Source: Camelus ferus (Eukaryota). From it: a stretch of 64,000 bases of DNA. The position numbers and the translations under genes were made by a program. Where the stretch lies: assembly GCF_009834535.1 (NCBI RefSeq), contig NC_045696.1:57910001-57974000 (forward strand), read 5' to 3'. Positions 26,201 through 40,130 of this stretch are shown piece by piece. The stretch's first letter is position 1, and every line of letters starts with the position of its first letter. The notes under the pieces were generated by a model, which had not been told where the DNA came from, did no database searches, and saw nothing but the letters and a program-made list of their open reading frames with translations.

Positions 26201-29200
26201 TCTACCCTAATCTTTATTACTTCCTTCCTTCTACTTCACTCTTCTTTTGACTTAATGTGGAAGGTTAGGTTATTGATTGGAGACACTTAATATAGGCATT
26301 TATTTCTAGAAGTTTCCCTCTAAGCACAGCTTTAGCTGTATTCCCTAAGTTTTCTTAGGTAGTAACTTCATTTTCATGTTATCTCAAAGTACTTTCTGAT
26401 TTCTCTTTTTTTTCTTCCTTTGACCCACTGGTTACTTAAGAGTATGCTCCTTAATTTCTACATATTTGTGAGTTCCCCCAAAGAAACAAATAGTTTCTTT
26501 CTGTTGTTGATTTCTGATTTCTTTTCATTGTGGTCAGAGAACATCATTTGTATTATTTCAAACCTTTTAAATATATTAAGGTTTATTCTGTGGCCTAGCA
26601 TATGGTCTAACCTGGAAAATGTCCCACATGCACTTGAGAATATATATTATGCTGCTGCTGGGTGGTGGTGTGTTCTATACATATCTGCTGGGTCTGGTTG
26701 GTTTATATTGTTGTTTCCTTGCTGACCTTATGTCAAGTTGTTCTGTCCATTATTGAAAGTGCAGTATTGAAGTCTCCCAGTCATTACTGAACTATTTCTC
26801 CCTTCATCTCTGTCAGTTTCTGCTTCATATATTTTGGTGCTATTACTAGGTTCATACATATTTATAACTTTTATATATCTAGTGGATTGAACTTTTCATC
26901 ACTATAAAGTGTCCCTCTTCCTCTCTCATAACATGTTTTGTTTTAAAGTCTATTTTTTTCTGTTATTAGTATAGCCACTCCAGCTTTCTTGTGGTTGTTG
27001 TTTGTATGGTTTATCTTTTTACATCCTTATACCTTCAATGTATTTGTATCTTTAAAGTGTGTCTCCTGTAGAGAGCATATGGTTAGATCCAGCCTGACAA
27101 TTTCTGCCTTTTTAATTAGATTATTTAATCAATTCATATTAGTATCATTATTGATATAGCTGGAAGGATGACTGCTTTTTCATTTTTCATTTTCTGCCTC
27201 ATGTCTTTTGTTCCTTTATTACTTTTGCTTTCTTCTGCATTAAGTGAATTATTTTCTAATGAAGTATTTAAATTTTTTTAGTGACTTTTTCACTGTATTT
27301 TTTGTTTTCCCCTCAGCAGTTGCTCAAGAACTTAACATATACACTTTAACTTGCAAGAATCAGCATGATTTATACTAGGTTAATTCCAGTGAGATACAGA
27401 AATGTTATGCTATATAATTCTACTCCCTTTCCTCTATAATACTTTTGTTATACATATTACATGGTATAATATACATATTAATGGTATAAATATAACAACA
27501 TAGTTATAATTATTTCTTTATCATCTACAGTCACTTCCTTAGCTTAACATAGTTTTGCTTCCACTCACCTCCTTTGAGCTGTTACTGGCAGACACATTAC
27601 AAATATATTACATTTCTATAGGCCCAAGAATATAATATATACATTATTTTACACAACTGCTTTTTTAATGTTTTGTGAAAAAAAATGTGGTTATATACTC
27701 TCTTAAAATTGCACAATTACTTTTACTGGTGCTCTTTGTTCATATAGATTCAAATTACCATTTGGGGTCACTTGCTTTCAGCCTAAAGAATTTCCCTTAG
27801 CAATCTTGAAAGGCAAGTCTGCTAGTAACAAAAGTCTCTCAGTTTTTATAATCTAGGAAACTCTTCATTTACTTTCATTTTTAAAAGATAGCTTGGCTGG
27901 ATATACAAAAATTTGGTTGACAGTATTTGTCTCTGAGTACTTCAAATATATTACTCCACAACCTTCTGTATTCCATTGTTTCTGATGAAAAGTCAGCCGT
28001 TATTATTATTTTTTTTTAATCAGGGTTCCATTACAAGTAAATAACCGGCTGTTTTTCTCTTGCTGCTCTGAAGGATTTCTTCTTGTCTCTGATTTTTAAC
28101 ATTTTTACTCTGATATGTCCATTTGTAGGTTTTCTTACATTAATCCTACTTGAAGTTCTTTGGGTTCTGTGGATGGATATGTAGGTCAGTGTTTTTCAAT
28201 AAATTTGAGAAGTTTTCTGCCATTATTTTCTTGAATACTTTTTTCTCCTTTTTTTTCTCCCCTCTTCTGGTATTCTCATTATGTGTACTACCATGCACTT
28301 TATGGTGCCCCACATTTCTCTGAGGCTCTTCTCAATTTTATTCATTTTTTTCTCTCTCTTCCTTAAATTTCTACCGATCTATTGACAAGTTCACTAGTTC
28401 TTTCCTCTACCACTTCAAATCTACCTTTGAGCCCCTCTAATTAATTTTTCATCAGTTATGTTACTTTTCAACTCCACAATTTCCATTTGGTTCCTCTTTA
28501 GAATCTGTCTCTTGATTGACAGTATCTATTTGATATGAGTTATCATCACATATTCCCTTCTTTAATCAAGGTTTCCTTTGATTCTTTGAACATATTTATA
28601 CTGGTTACTTCAAAGTTTATTTCTGTTAAATCCAACATCTGGTCTCCCTCACAGGCAGTTTCTATTGTCTCCTTTTTTTCCAGTGTAGTAGCCACACTCT
28701 TCTAGTTTTTGTTTGCACATATTTCACCTTTTTATTGGGAACTCAACATCTTATAAAGTATTGAGGCAACTCTGGGTATTGCCCAGTCCCCTAGAGGTTT
28801 TCTATTTTTGGTTGTTTATTTGCACAGTAATTTGCTAGATTATTTTAAAGAAGTCTGTTTTTCCATCCCACACCCTCCCCTTCTCGTGTTGGTCCTCAGA
28901 GGTGGCAGAGCCTGGATATGCCCACAGTCAACTTGCCGTAGCTGTAATTTGGTAGGACTCTGTCTCTCTCCCTGACCACACCGAGCTATTAACTTCCACT
29001 GTCAGTTAGATTGCTGTACTGTTTTAAACAATGGCCTCAGTAATAAATTGCTCTACAGAGGAATCCAACCAAATTCAGGCTCCTTCGAAGGAGTAGTTTC
29101 AGGTCAGTGTCTGACATTCACTCTGTCCCTAGGAATGCTCCTTCCAGCTGTCTCTTATCCCAGTTCTTACCTGGTTTGAACCTCTCCAGCTCTAATGTAA

Positions 29201-29700
29201 GCGAAGTCGTTCCTTGAGGAAGAGATTAGGGGCCATCTGCTTTATGACCTGTTTCTCTCCTCTACCCACAAGCAAATCTCTGAACCAGGGCTCTAAAGAT
29301 GGGGGTGTGGACAACAGCCACTCTTTTGAGTGACACCCATAGGAACTGAGTATCTGACAGGGGGTAGATACAAGCCTGAAGTCTTCTCAGCTTGTCTCTC
29401 CTGATGTGGAACCACCATTTTATAAGACAGGGAAAAGATGATCTGTCCCCTAGTATGCTCAGCAGCTCTGTTCCCAACAGTTTTCTGTTCTGCAAGTGGA
29501 GACCGGACAAACAGTAGTCCAGTCCCCTTTCTTTCCAACAAATTTACCTAGAACTTAGCCTAAGCAGCAGGCAGCTGGGGGCAGGATGAGAAATCCCAAT
29601 GTCCTGCTCCTCCCAGGAAGAAAACCTTCCCTCCAGCTGGAAGCTCTGCATTTATTGTATGCCTTAGGACCATTTCCAAAGCTCTAAATAGTTGTTTTTT
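23245..29700 (-). mobile_element. Long old L1M-type element (degenerate)
   Basis: T-rich antisense L1. ORF2 remnants such as 25990..26175 (IEETKNCFFENINKIGKP) and 25585..25779. Confidence 0.8.
25076..25210 (-). mobile_element. tRNA-derived SINE within an old L1
   Basis: Reverse-complement SINE head (ctctatcactgagctataccctcc). Imperfect TSD ttttcttc..atctt. Confidence 0.8.
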
Positions 29701-29934
29701 AATAGTTTTCCCCAGTTGTACAAAGGAGTGGGTCTGCAGAGCTCCTTATGCTATCAGGATGAAAGTCATGGGAACAGTTATTTTTAAAAAGATGATTTTG
29801 ATGCAAGCCTGGTTTGAGAATCACTGATCTATAATGTGCTGTGTCACATCATCTATTTTAGCAGGATCTCTTAAAAAACCTATAGGGCAAAATTATTATT
29901 CTCACCCTTTACAGGTAAGGATTCAGGAGGCTCA

Positions 29935-30695
29935 AGGATAATTAAGGTTAAATGAGGTCATAGGGTGGGCCCCTAATCCAAAAGGACTGGTGTCCTTATC
30001 AGAGGAAGAGACACCAGAGATATCTCCCCTCCCCCTCCCTCTATATATATATCTCTACACCCTCAACCCCTGCATGTGCTCAGAGAAAAAGTCATGTGAG
30101 GAAACAGAGAGAAAGTGGTCATCTGCAAGCCAGGAAGAGAGACCTTATCAGAAGCCAACCCTGTTTGTGTGAAGGAAAAGCCTGGCTGGTCTAACAAGAT
30201 AACTCACAAATCTAAGTACTGGAATACTGATCTGAGTTCTGCTAGACTAACTTGTAAATCTAGGTTAATCAGTGTTGTTTTGCTGTTCATGTTTTTTTGC
30301 TAGCCAGCTGGGTTTTCAAAGATACATATCTGGCTTTGGAATGTTGGTTTGCTGCCTCCCCACCTCCACTTTTGTGATGATAATGCTGCTAAAGCTGTTC
30401 CATGCCTATTGGCCTAATACCCCAAGCCTGTACTTTACCCTATAAAACTTCATGTGCACATCTTGGAGGTGCTCAGAGCTTCGGAGCAGAAGCCCCTCTG
30501 AGCCTGCCGGCGTAATACATCTGAGTACTCCAACCCTCCGAGTGGTGCTTGTTTCTTGACTGGACTGTCGTTTCCGTAACATTGGAACTTTGATCTTGGA
30601 CTTCTAGCCTCCAGAACTGTGAGAAAATGAATTTCTGTTGTTTTAACCATCCAATCTGTGATGCTTTTTAACGATAGCACAAGCAGACTAATAAT
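29935..30695 (+). mobile_element. MLT1-type MaLR LTR interrupted by an ERV solo LTR
   Basis: attaaggttaaatgaggtcatagggtgggcccctaatcc...ttgatcttggacttctagcctccagaactgtgagaaaat. Confidence 0.8.
30168..30581 (+). mobile_element. ERV1-like solo LTR
   Basis: TG...CA termini (tgtgaagg...gtaaca), TATAAAA at 30441-30447, AATACA at 30514-30519, 4-bp flanks tttg/ttgg. Splits the MLT1 at a contiguous consensus point. Confidence 0.75.
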
Positions 30696-33059
30696 ATATC
30701 CAGCGGTATTTTGTCACACTGGGCTTTTATTAGACTAAGAGACTGGTGCAATGCAGATGAGAATTTGCAAGTAATTCTGAAGGAATCATAATTAATGGTG
30801 CTGACAAATGACACAGAGAAGAATGGGATTCCTGAAACAGACAGCATTTTGGTTCTGAAAGATCAAATATAGCATAATAGCAATGATAACCAAATTCAAG
30901 TTTTAGGTTAAAAGAAGGAGAAAGCCTATAGTAACAGAGCCAAGACCTGGATAAAATTTAACAAGACTTTAACAAAACTAATAAGACTTAAGTAACTGGA
31001 AGCCTAGATTCAACAAGGAGCTAGAAGGGCAAGCAGTTACGGAAAGACAATGTTGGGAACACAGTACACATATACATAGAGAGAGTAAATGATAAAGCAA
31101 ATGGAGTAAAAAGTAAAATGAACAATTGTGGAATGTGGGCAGTAGGTAAACAGGAGGGCTTTGTACACTTTTAGAAACTTCTGTAAGCTTGAATTTATTT
31201 CAAAAATCTTAAAAATAAAAAAAATCTAAAGGAAAGAAATGTTCACAAAAAGATTAATTATTCACTTGCTTTTTATTAAAGTGACATAAGAAGTAAGTCC
31301 AGAGAAGAGGTTTGGCCTTAAAACCCTGTTTTCAAATTTACTTCTTAGCATAATAATATAGGGAAGGTACTAAACTTCTGTGAATCTTGGTTTCCTTATT
31401 GCACTGTGGAGATAATACCTTATACGGCAATGAAAAGTAACATATGAAAGCATACCTCCACTGACCCATATATAGCTCACACCTGATATTTGTGTAATGA
31501 AGAAATGGCTTTAAATAGCTCCAGAGATTCAAAAAAAAAAAATCTCTTCTGACTAAAATGATCAGAGAAGGCTTCATTGAGAAGATGGTGTTTCAGCTAG
31601 CTTACGAAGAATAGACAGGATTTCATCAGTTGAGGCCGAAAGAGAAAGACCCACAAAACAGGGCAGAATACAAAATAAAGGCACAGACATTAAAAAGAAC
31701 AACTGATAAGGAACAGCAGTAAGCCATGTGTGATCAGAGCAACTGTTCTTTAAAAGGAGTAGGTATACATAAGGAAATGCCAGGGCCTCTTGTCCTGTCT
31801 TACTTTTTTAGTTACATTTTGATATCCAGAAACTCACAAATGACTCCAACACTCTAAAAATTTCCACCATTCATACACTGCACTTGTGCTTTTGAATTTC
31901 AAAACATTTCACACACACACAAAATCCAAACAGTATGGGTAGGTATAAACGGAAAAAAATGAAACCGTACCTCCCCTTGTTTCTAACAGTAACCACCATC
32001 AAGTTCTCTGTATATTCTTTCAAGAATTGGTTATACATACACATATCCTTTTGATTTTTATTGTACACACACAGTTCTGCAGTTTGCTCAATTCTGGACA
32101 ACTTTCCATACCAACACCTATAGAGTTTTATCATTTTTAACAATATAGTAATTAACTTTTGTACCATAACCAGATCCTATGCATCAATGACAATTATGCT
32201 TGACTCCAATTGTCTACCACAAACAAGGCTGTAACTAAATTATCCTTCCTATATTTGCATATGTTTCACAAATAAACCTATGAAAGAATTTTAAACAGTG
32301 AAACCTCAAGGTCAAAAGTATGTTAATTTAAAATTTTAATATTGTCAAAGTTCCCTCTAAAATATTGCCCCCATGTACTAGTGAATATGAATGTTCCAGT
32401 TCCCCATCACCACCGCTGCTAACCCAGGACCAATTTAAATTTTCCCGTATTTGACAATATGATATGTGAAAAAAAAAATGCTTCTCATGAACGCTATTTT
32501 CATACTACTACTAGTTATGTGCTTTGTTCATATTCACTCTTAAGTTTTTCAGATGTGATGTGACGGCATGATCACTTTGATGCCTCATGGAATGTCTGCT
32601 GTGTATTCCTGTGTTTCAAAATTTTATTTTTACCTCTAATATGGTAAATGTTAACAGATACACAATAATAACATAAACAAAAGTTTTCTTTCTTCAGGGT
32701 ATCTGTTAAGAGTGTAATGTTCTGTGACCAAAAAATTTGAGAACCCTTGGTCCAGATAATCTTTTCTGTCTTGTTAAGAGAAAAAGAAAGTCCTTTGATA
32801 TTCAGATAGCATTCAATTTATAGATTAAGGAAACATTTTTACAATATTGGGTCTTCTTGGTCAGAAATTAAATATGTATTTACACTTATCTTTTTTGCTA
32901 CAATGATATATGTGAAGTTTCCTTTCATTATATTCTAACTGGCTACTGTCTGAATACAGGGAAATTACTTATTACTACATATTAGTTTTTTAAAGCCAGC
33001 CACTGAATTCTGTGTTTGATACTTTCAGTTGACACTCTTGATAATGAAGTTTTTTTAAA

Positions 33060-34595
33060 GGCTCAATTTTATTGAGGTATAATTTACATACAGTAAAATA
33101 TGCCATTTAAGTAAATACCACCACAATTAAGACAGAGAATCTTTTCCTCACTATAGAAAATCCTGACAGGCCCCTTTCTAATAAATCCATTTTCCCAACC
33201 CCAGGCGATCTGCCCTTCAATTTTGCATTTTCCAGAATGCCAAATAAATGGAGCCACACAACATGTAGCCTTTCAAGTGCAGCTTTTTTCACTCACTAAT
33301 AACTAGTCTGGGATTCCCCCATACTGTTGCATCTACCAGTAAATGACTCTTTTTGTTGCTGAATTGTATTCTATTATATTCCACAATTTGTTCATCTATT
33401 CATCAGTTGATAGTCATCTGGATTGTTTGCAGTTTTGAGTGATTATGAATAAGCCACTATAAACATTCACATACGGTTTTTGCGTGGATAAATGTTTTCA
33501 TTTTTCTTGGGTAAAACCTAAGAGTAAGACTGCTGAGTCATATGATAAGTGTATGTTTAACTTTACAAAAAATTGTCAAACTGTTTTCCAAAGTGGCTGT
33601 AACATCCTGCATTCCTACAAGCAGTGTATAAGAGCTCCAGTTGTGTCACAGTATTCTTTTAATATACTTAAAAAAAAAATCACATCTATGGTCCACACAT
33701 CTATACCTATTTTACTAAAGTGTTAAAATCTGAAATGTGTGTTGAATTATACCAAATGTCTTTTTGGCAGTTATTAAAATGATCATTGTTTATCTCCTCT
33801 GACATATTAAATACAGTGAGATATTAATACATTTCTTAATAATGAATGATTTTTGACTCAGAATAAACACACTTGGTCACAGTGTATCATTCTTTTTAAT
33901 TCTATCTGTTAGTATTTTCTTAAAAATGTCTAAATCAGTGGTATAGCTCAGTGGTAGTGTGTGCTTAGCATGCACGAGGTCCTGGGTCCAATCCCCAGTA
34001 CCTATCTTAAATAAATAAATAAAAATAAATAAACCTAACTCCCCTCCTAAAAAATTTCTAAATCAGTATTTATAAATGAGACTGATTACTTAATACCCTC
34101 TTCCCCTCCTCTTTTGAGGGGGGTATTATATTTGTCACATTGAGAGCTTTTTGAAAACACATGGGTATGACTCCAACTTTATGACATTCTCAAAGAGGCA
34201 AAACTGGAGAGTTAAAAGATCAGCAGTTGCCAGGGGTCTAAGGAATGGGAGGGATGAACAGCAGAGCACAGAGGATTTTGGAGACAGTGAAACTATTCTG
34301 AATGATAGTATAATGGTTGACACATGTCTCTAAACATATGTCAAAACCCACAGAATGTACAACACCAAGAATGAACCCCAATGTAAACTATGGACTTTAG
34401 TTGGTAATAACGTGCTCATGTTGGTTCACTGATTGTATCAAATATGCCACACTGATGAGGGATGTTGAGGGTAGGGGAGTATATATGTGTGGGTGGGGAG
34501 GGCTATGTGTGAACACTGTATTTTCTGCTTAATTCTTGAACTGCTTAATTTCTATGAACCTGAAACTGCTCTAAAAGAATAAAGTCTCTTAAAAA
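33060..34595. mobile_element. Old L1M 3' fragments (minus about 33060-33650; plus about 34150-34595)
   Basis: tttattgaggtataatttacatacag; gaatgtacaacaccaagaatgaaccccaatgtaaactatggacttt. Confidence 0.7.
33940..34049 (+). mobile_element. tRNA-derived SINE, slightly 5'-truncated, with TSD
   Basis: GTATAGCTCAGTGGTAG...GCTTAGCATGCACGAGGTCCTGGG. TSD aaaaat(g/t)tctaaatcagt at 33922-33939 and 34050-34067. Confidence 0.85.
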
Positions 34596-36332
34596 AATTG
34601 AACTTTTTTGTTCCACAAGCTCCCTTGGCCTTGATTCATTCAATACTCTCTCTGTCCTCCACCAATGTATACACAAAACACACTGAGTATAGATCTTTCT
34701 ATATTTCTATTATATTCAAAATGGTTTATGTTGAGTGTGTGGAGTCAATCCAAACAGTCAGTAAACCTCAAACACATGCTAACTATTCTGAATGTTTAAC
34801 ATCCACAATATTTGTGGAACACCATAAAATGCTAACATACTTAATTCCACCATATAAATTAAGCATAATTTTATTAGAAAACATGATGTACATTTAATAT
34901 TAAAAAGCCAAAACCACAAGAAAGTATGACTACAAAAGAAGCAAGTTATGGATTTATCAACTTAAACATAAAGCATAAAAAAATTTCAGTTCATATGTGA
35001 ATATTTTCTTGAAAGCTTTATTTTCTGATCAAAAAATAGGGAGGTGCAAGCTCACGCTCTATAGGTGAGCTCTATAGCTTACACTCATTAATTTGTTATC
35101 AACTTCTAAGTCAGATAGTAGTAGCAGATCCCTTTAAAAGATTTTAATAAAAATTAGGGATGAAAAATAAAACTTAAAATATCTGACACATTTTTTCCCT
35201 GTAAAATAATTAGTTATCTTTATTTTAGTGACAACATTCTAGTGTTCAATGGGGGCACAGTTTGAAAAACCCTGCAACAAGCCTCTTCTGTGAGAAGTCA
35301 ATGCTGCAGACATGATTCATAGGCACTCATCTCTGATAAATTTGATAGCTCTAACCTCAACAATCTAATAGAAATCCCTAATTTTCTTTCATGTCCCAGC
35401 TTCAGACCTTTTTCCGCTACAAAATTTACTATAAACTTTGACCCTGAATTCTGATCTCACCTTCTAGTATCTATGGGTTCCCAACTTGCAAGGTTTCCCA
35501 AAGACACTCTCAATATCCAAACATTTAAAGGAAAATATTTACCAAGGATTTGGGGAATTTACACCCTAGGATTCAGTAATTCCACTTTTGGAATGTACCA
35601 GAAGGAAATAAAATCAGCAGTATATGTAAGAATGTTCACAGCAACGTGACTGTTACAGTGAAAAATCGTAAACCTAAAAACTATAAAGCAAGGGTTTGTC
35701 TCTGGGACATAATCATAATATACCGAGAAATAAGAAAAACAGAACACTAACGCATGAAAAATCTGGGTGGTGGGAACAAAACTCCAATCTACGTTATTTT
35801 CTATACTTTTAAAAATATTTCATAACTTGAATTAGAATACAAAAACATTAAATGGGTATTAATATGATTTGTCTTTATCCCCCAAATTTTCTTCAGTAAG
35901 CAACAGACTAATTACACAATAAGAAAAACTTCCAAAAAGTAAAGCTGAAAGCATGTATTTACTACCATGAGCCTTCCCAGCCTAACTGAAACACTATATT
36001 TCTTTATTCTTGGCTGGAATTTCATCAACTCAACATGCTATTCTTTCATCAAAGTTCTGATTGAATAGTCTAAGTTTTTAATCAAAGAGAAAAACTACCT
36101 CTCTCCTTATAGTTGGATTTAAGATAAATCTTTCCCCCAAAATAGCATAAAGGTTTCCTTCATGATAAAAAAAAAGAGCAAATCTGCCTTTATCTGATTC
36201 ATATCCATTACTGAATTTAATAAGTTCTATATTTTACACATACATTTATATGAGTTTTCATATTTTAAATTAAGAATTATACAGGATGTATGAGTTTTCT
36301 TCCCAAAACATTAACATCTCAGTACTCAGCAA

Positions 36333-36426
36333 TTTTTTTTGTTTAATGGAGGTACTGTGGATTGAACCCAGGACCTCATGCATGCTAAGCATGTGCTCTA
36401 TCACTGAGCTATACCCACCCCGCCTC
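36333..36426 (-). mobile_element. Short tRNA-derived SINE
   Basis: gattgaacccaggacctcatgcatgctaagcatgtgctctatcactgagctatac. Flanking ctcag(c/a)aattt repeat. Confidence 0.85.
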
Positions 36427-36850
36427 AAAGCTCAGAAATTTAATTTTAACCTTCTATACTAAGCAAAATACTGAGCACATAGCGCACTCAAATGGCATGG
36501 AAAGAATGGACACGCCAGAAAATATAGAGTTTATGTGAAGAAATAAAATGATGGATTTGGTAGATTAATCTACACAAAATTATACTTTTTTTAAAGGGAT
36601 GAATTACAAATATGGAACAGGAAAGGAGAGAATCAAAGGTTATAGATGAGATGTCAAAAACTTTTTAGAAGCTGTGAAAATAGATTGTCAAATGGTATTT
36701 TACTAGCAAAGTAGAACACTCTGAAGCCTAAGCACCTGCAAAGAAGCTGATTCATACTGCCCACAAGCAGGAGGCTTCAAAGGCAGGAGGCCCCCACAGG
36801 CTTTTCTGAAGGGAGAGTAAGGAATGGAACTAAAAATTGGAAGGCTAGTT

Positions 36851-36971
36851 TTTTTTTTTTAACATTTTTTTTTATTGAGTTATAGTCATTTTACAATGTT
36901 GTGTCAAATTCCAGTGTAGAGCACAATTTTTCAGTTACACATGAACATATATATACTCATTGTCACATTTT
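36851..36971 (-). mobile_element. About 120-bp young L1 3' end with perfect 14-bp TSD
   Basis: TSD ttggaaggctagtt at 36837-36850 and 36972-36985, with a poly-T tail. Confidence 0.88.
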
Positions 36972-39366
36972 TTGGAAGGCTAGTTCTAAGTCTACAAAAT
37001 AGCCATCACACCCAGACTTCCTCCTCCCTTGTGCCCAGCCAGGCAACCATCCCTCCCCAAAGCCCTACAGATGTTGAGAGGATTACTCTGAAAAAACTAG
37101 AGACTCATGGGACACTAGTGAGGTATACACAGGATTACACAAGCACAATTAACAGTGAGAATGACAGCTCCTTTTCTAAGGTAAGTTCTCGGAACATAGC
37201 ATTTAGGTAAGAGATTGGAGGCACTCTCTCTCAAGGAAACCAACCAGGCCAAGATAAGAGAACTGTGAGTCCTCTCCCCCTATAAAAGGCCACCAGCAAC
37301 TCTGCCCACCCTTTAGACTGGTAGTCATGTAGGCTCAAACACATCCCAAAACTGCCCACCCTTTAACAAGCCATACCTATAGTTTCCAATTCAGTTTTTA
37401 ACACTTCACTCTTAAATATGAATGGACAACCTTAAGTTTACCAGACATCTGAGAAAAGCCTCTATAGAGAAAAGACTGCAATGAAATAAAGGAACTTAAA
37501 AGAAGTAGAGCAATGAAAGGTACCAAAAAACCCAACTAGTATTACTATCCTTAAAAGGATTATAGTGTTTATAAAACAATGCAAAGATACCATAAGAATG
37601 AGCTCTAGGAAATTAAAACTATGGATAGGAGCTTAAAATTCAACAGAAGGTTGGAAGATTAACACTGAAGAAATCTCTCAGGAAACAGAACAAAGAGACT
37701 AAGTGATGGAAAATAGGAAGGAAAAGAAAATTAAAAGAACAAACTAAGAACTCTAATACCTAGTAATCCAAATTCCAAGAGAGAAAAAGTTGATGAGGAA
37801 GATTATTAAAGAAACAGTGCACCAAATTTAGAATATTCATTCAGTGAAAGACACCATGGACAAAACTAGCACAAAGATGACAGGCATAGAGAAGATATTT
37901 TCATCCTAAAACAGACCTTCACAAGGAACTCCTGCAAACCAAAAAGACAGGAAACCCAAAGGAAAGATAGAGAAAAGGACAAAACAGACAATTATCAAAA
38001 GGGAAAACCTGAAGGGATACAAGAGATGCTCAAACTCATTAGTTATCAGAGAATGTACATTAAAACAATACTACTTTATACTTATTAGACTAATAAAAAT
38101 TAGAAAGTTAGATAAAACCAAATACTGGCAAAGATGTGGGCAAACAAGAACCCTCCTCCATTGCTAGTAAGAGCATAAACTAGTTCTCGAATTCATTGAC
38201 TCAAGAATCCCACTCCTGGATATATCTCAGACAACTTCTTACAGAGGTCCATAAGGATGCACAAGGAAGAGTATATTTACCACAGTTTATTTGTGATGCC
38301 AGAAAGTCAACTCAGGTGTCAGTGATTAGGGAATGAAAAGTAAAATGTAGTAGATGTATACTGGAATTCCACATTATACACAATTATATGTACACACAAC
38401 AAAACAGAAAGGTCTCCAAAACAATGCTGAGTGAAAAAGACTAAGAAACAGAACAAAGTCTGTAACAATATATAAACTAAATACACACACCCCACCCACT
38501 ACATATTTCACAATGATTCACATATAATCAAGGAATGTTATCAACCACAATGCAATGACTGCCTGCTAGAAAGGGTACTGGAAGTAGGGCTCAGAAATGA
38601 AAAATTTAAGGAACTTGTATAGTCTGATGATAGTTTCAAGAACTGGAAAGCTAATTAACTCTACAACTCTTTTACCTAAAGTACCCCCCAAAATAATATT
38701 AATGATAAAATAAATTTCCCAAAACTAAAGGACATGAATTCCCAGCTTGTAAGGGTCCATGGAGTGCCCTTAAATGAAAAAAGAACCACATCTAGGCACA
38801 TTAGGGGTTAAAAATAATATCCTAAAAGCTTCTAGAGATTGGAGGAAAGATGGGGAAGGTCACACACAAATCAAGAATGAGAATGGCTTTGGACATCAAC
38901 AGCAACGTTAGAATGCAGAAAACAACAGAGCTATGACTTCCAAACTTTTTAAGCCTAGAAATTTATACTCAAATTATTGATGAAATGTTAAGGTAGAATA
39001 GATTTTTTTTTAATCATGCAAGATCTCAGAAGGTTTTTCCTTCCCAGGTACCCTTCCTCTGGAAGTTAAGAAAATATGGAAAATAGGAAATCCAGTAGAG
39101 AGAAGGGCATTGAGAGTTTTAAGGGTGACATAAAGAGAAGTTCCAGGATAACAGCTGTGAAGCAGGCCTAAAAAGTAACCAGTCCAGATTGCATTAAAAG
39201 GACAGAGGTTCCAGGATAGCTGTCTCATGGATACAAAAGGGGGAAAAAAGGTATTACTCCTGGAAAAACCAAACTGGTTAAGAGAAGAAATGATACAATA
39301 CATTGCATGGTTCAGCTATAAATATTTGTTATAACTGAACGATAACTTAATAAACACCTGTGATAA

Positions 39367-39564
39367 AGGAAGACTTTGTAAGAATGTTTTAAGTTCTCCT
39401 GCAAGGTTTAATGTGTTATCATGTAAATATTCCAAGGCAGGGTGCCTTGTGGTTTCAGCCAGCCTTGTGCTATGCCGTTAAGATTGATTTACTGCTTAAA
39501 ATCACTTTACTTTATCCAATTTTTACTGAACTTTTTATGTAAAAAATAAAATAAAGAAAAAAAG
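39367..39564 (+). pseudogene. Retro-inserted mRNA 3' UTR-like fragment (source gene not identified)
   Basis: Perfect 15-bp TSD aaacacctgtgataa (39352-39366 and 39565-39579), AATAAA plus A-rich tail, body not recognisable as SINE or L1. Confidence 0.7.
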
Positions 39565-39974
39565 AAACACCTGTGATAATTATATTGAAAGGATGGGAGA
39601 GGTAATGTACATATGTGTGGACAAAAGTCAATAGATAATGTCCAAAACTGGTATATCAAGAAATAGCAAGAGAAGCAAATGATTCATAAATATGAAAGAG
39701 GAAATAGCTAAAAGAAAATGGTAGCCTCCAAAGTGCAGAGGCTGGGACAGAAGACAGTTGTTTTTTACATATTATTCTAATTTAAAATTTGTATTTTTTA
39801 ATGGCAATAAAGCAAGGAACTCATACAGCCTTTCAGCTTTCAGTAAATTAGGTCTTCACAATATCATTTCATGATGTTAAACAAACTACATTTTTAGTTT
39901 GTTCTGCTGGAGAGACTGAACTGCAAACCAAGACAAAATCAAGCTCTAATGTTTGATGTTAACATTGTACAAAT

Positions 39975-40130
39975 AGCCTTGTGTTTGAATCCTAACTCTA
40001 CCACTTACTCTGTGAAGTAGGACAAGTTACCTAACTACCCTCTACATGTACCTCACCTTCTCAAAGTGCTTTTACAATAATTAAGTGAAAGTACCTGATG
40101 TAGTGCTTGATCCATCAATAAATGTTAGTA
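39975..40130. mobile_element. MIR
   Basis: gtttgaatcctaactctaccacttactctgtg...gacaagttacctaac is the MIR core. Confidence 0.65.
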
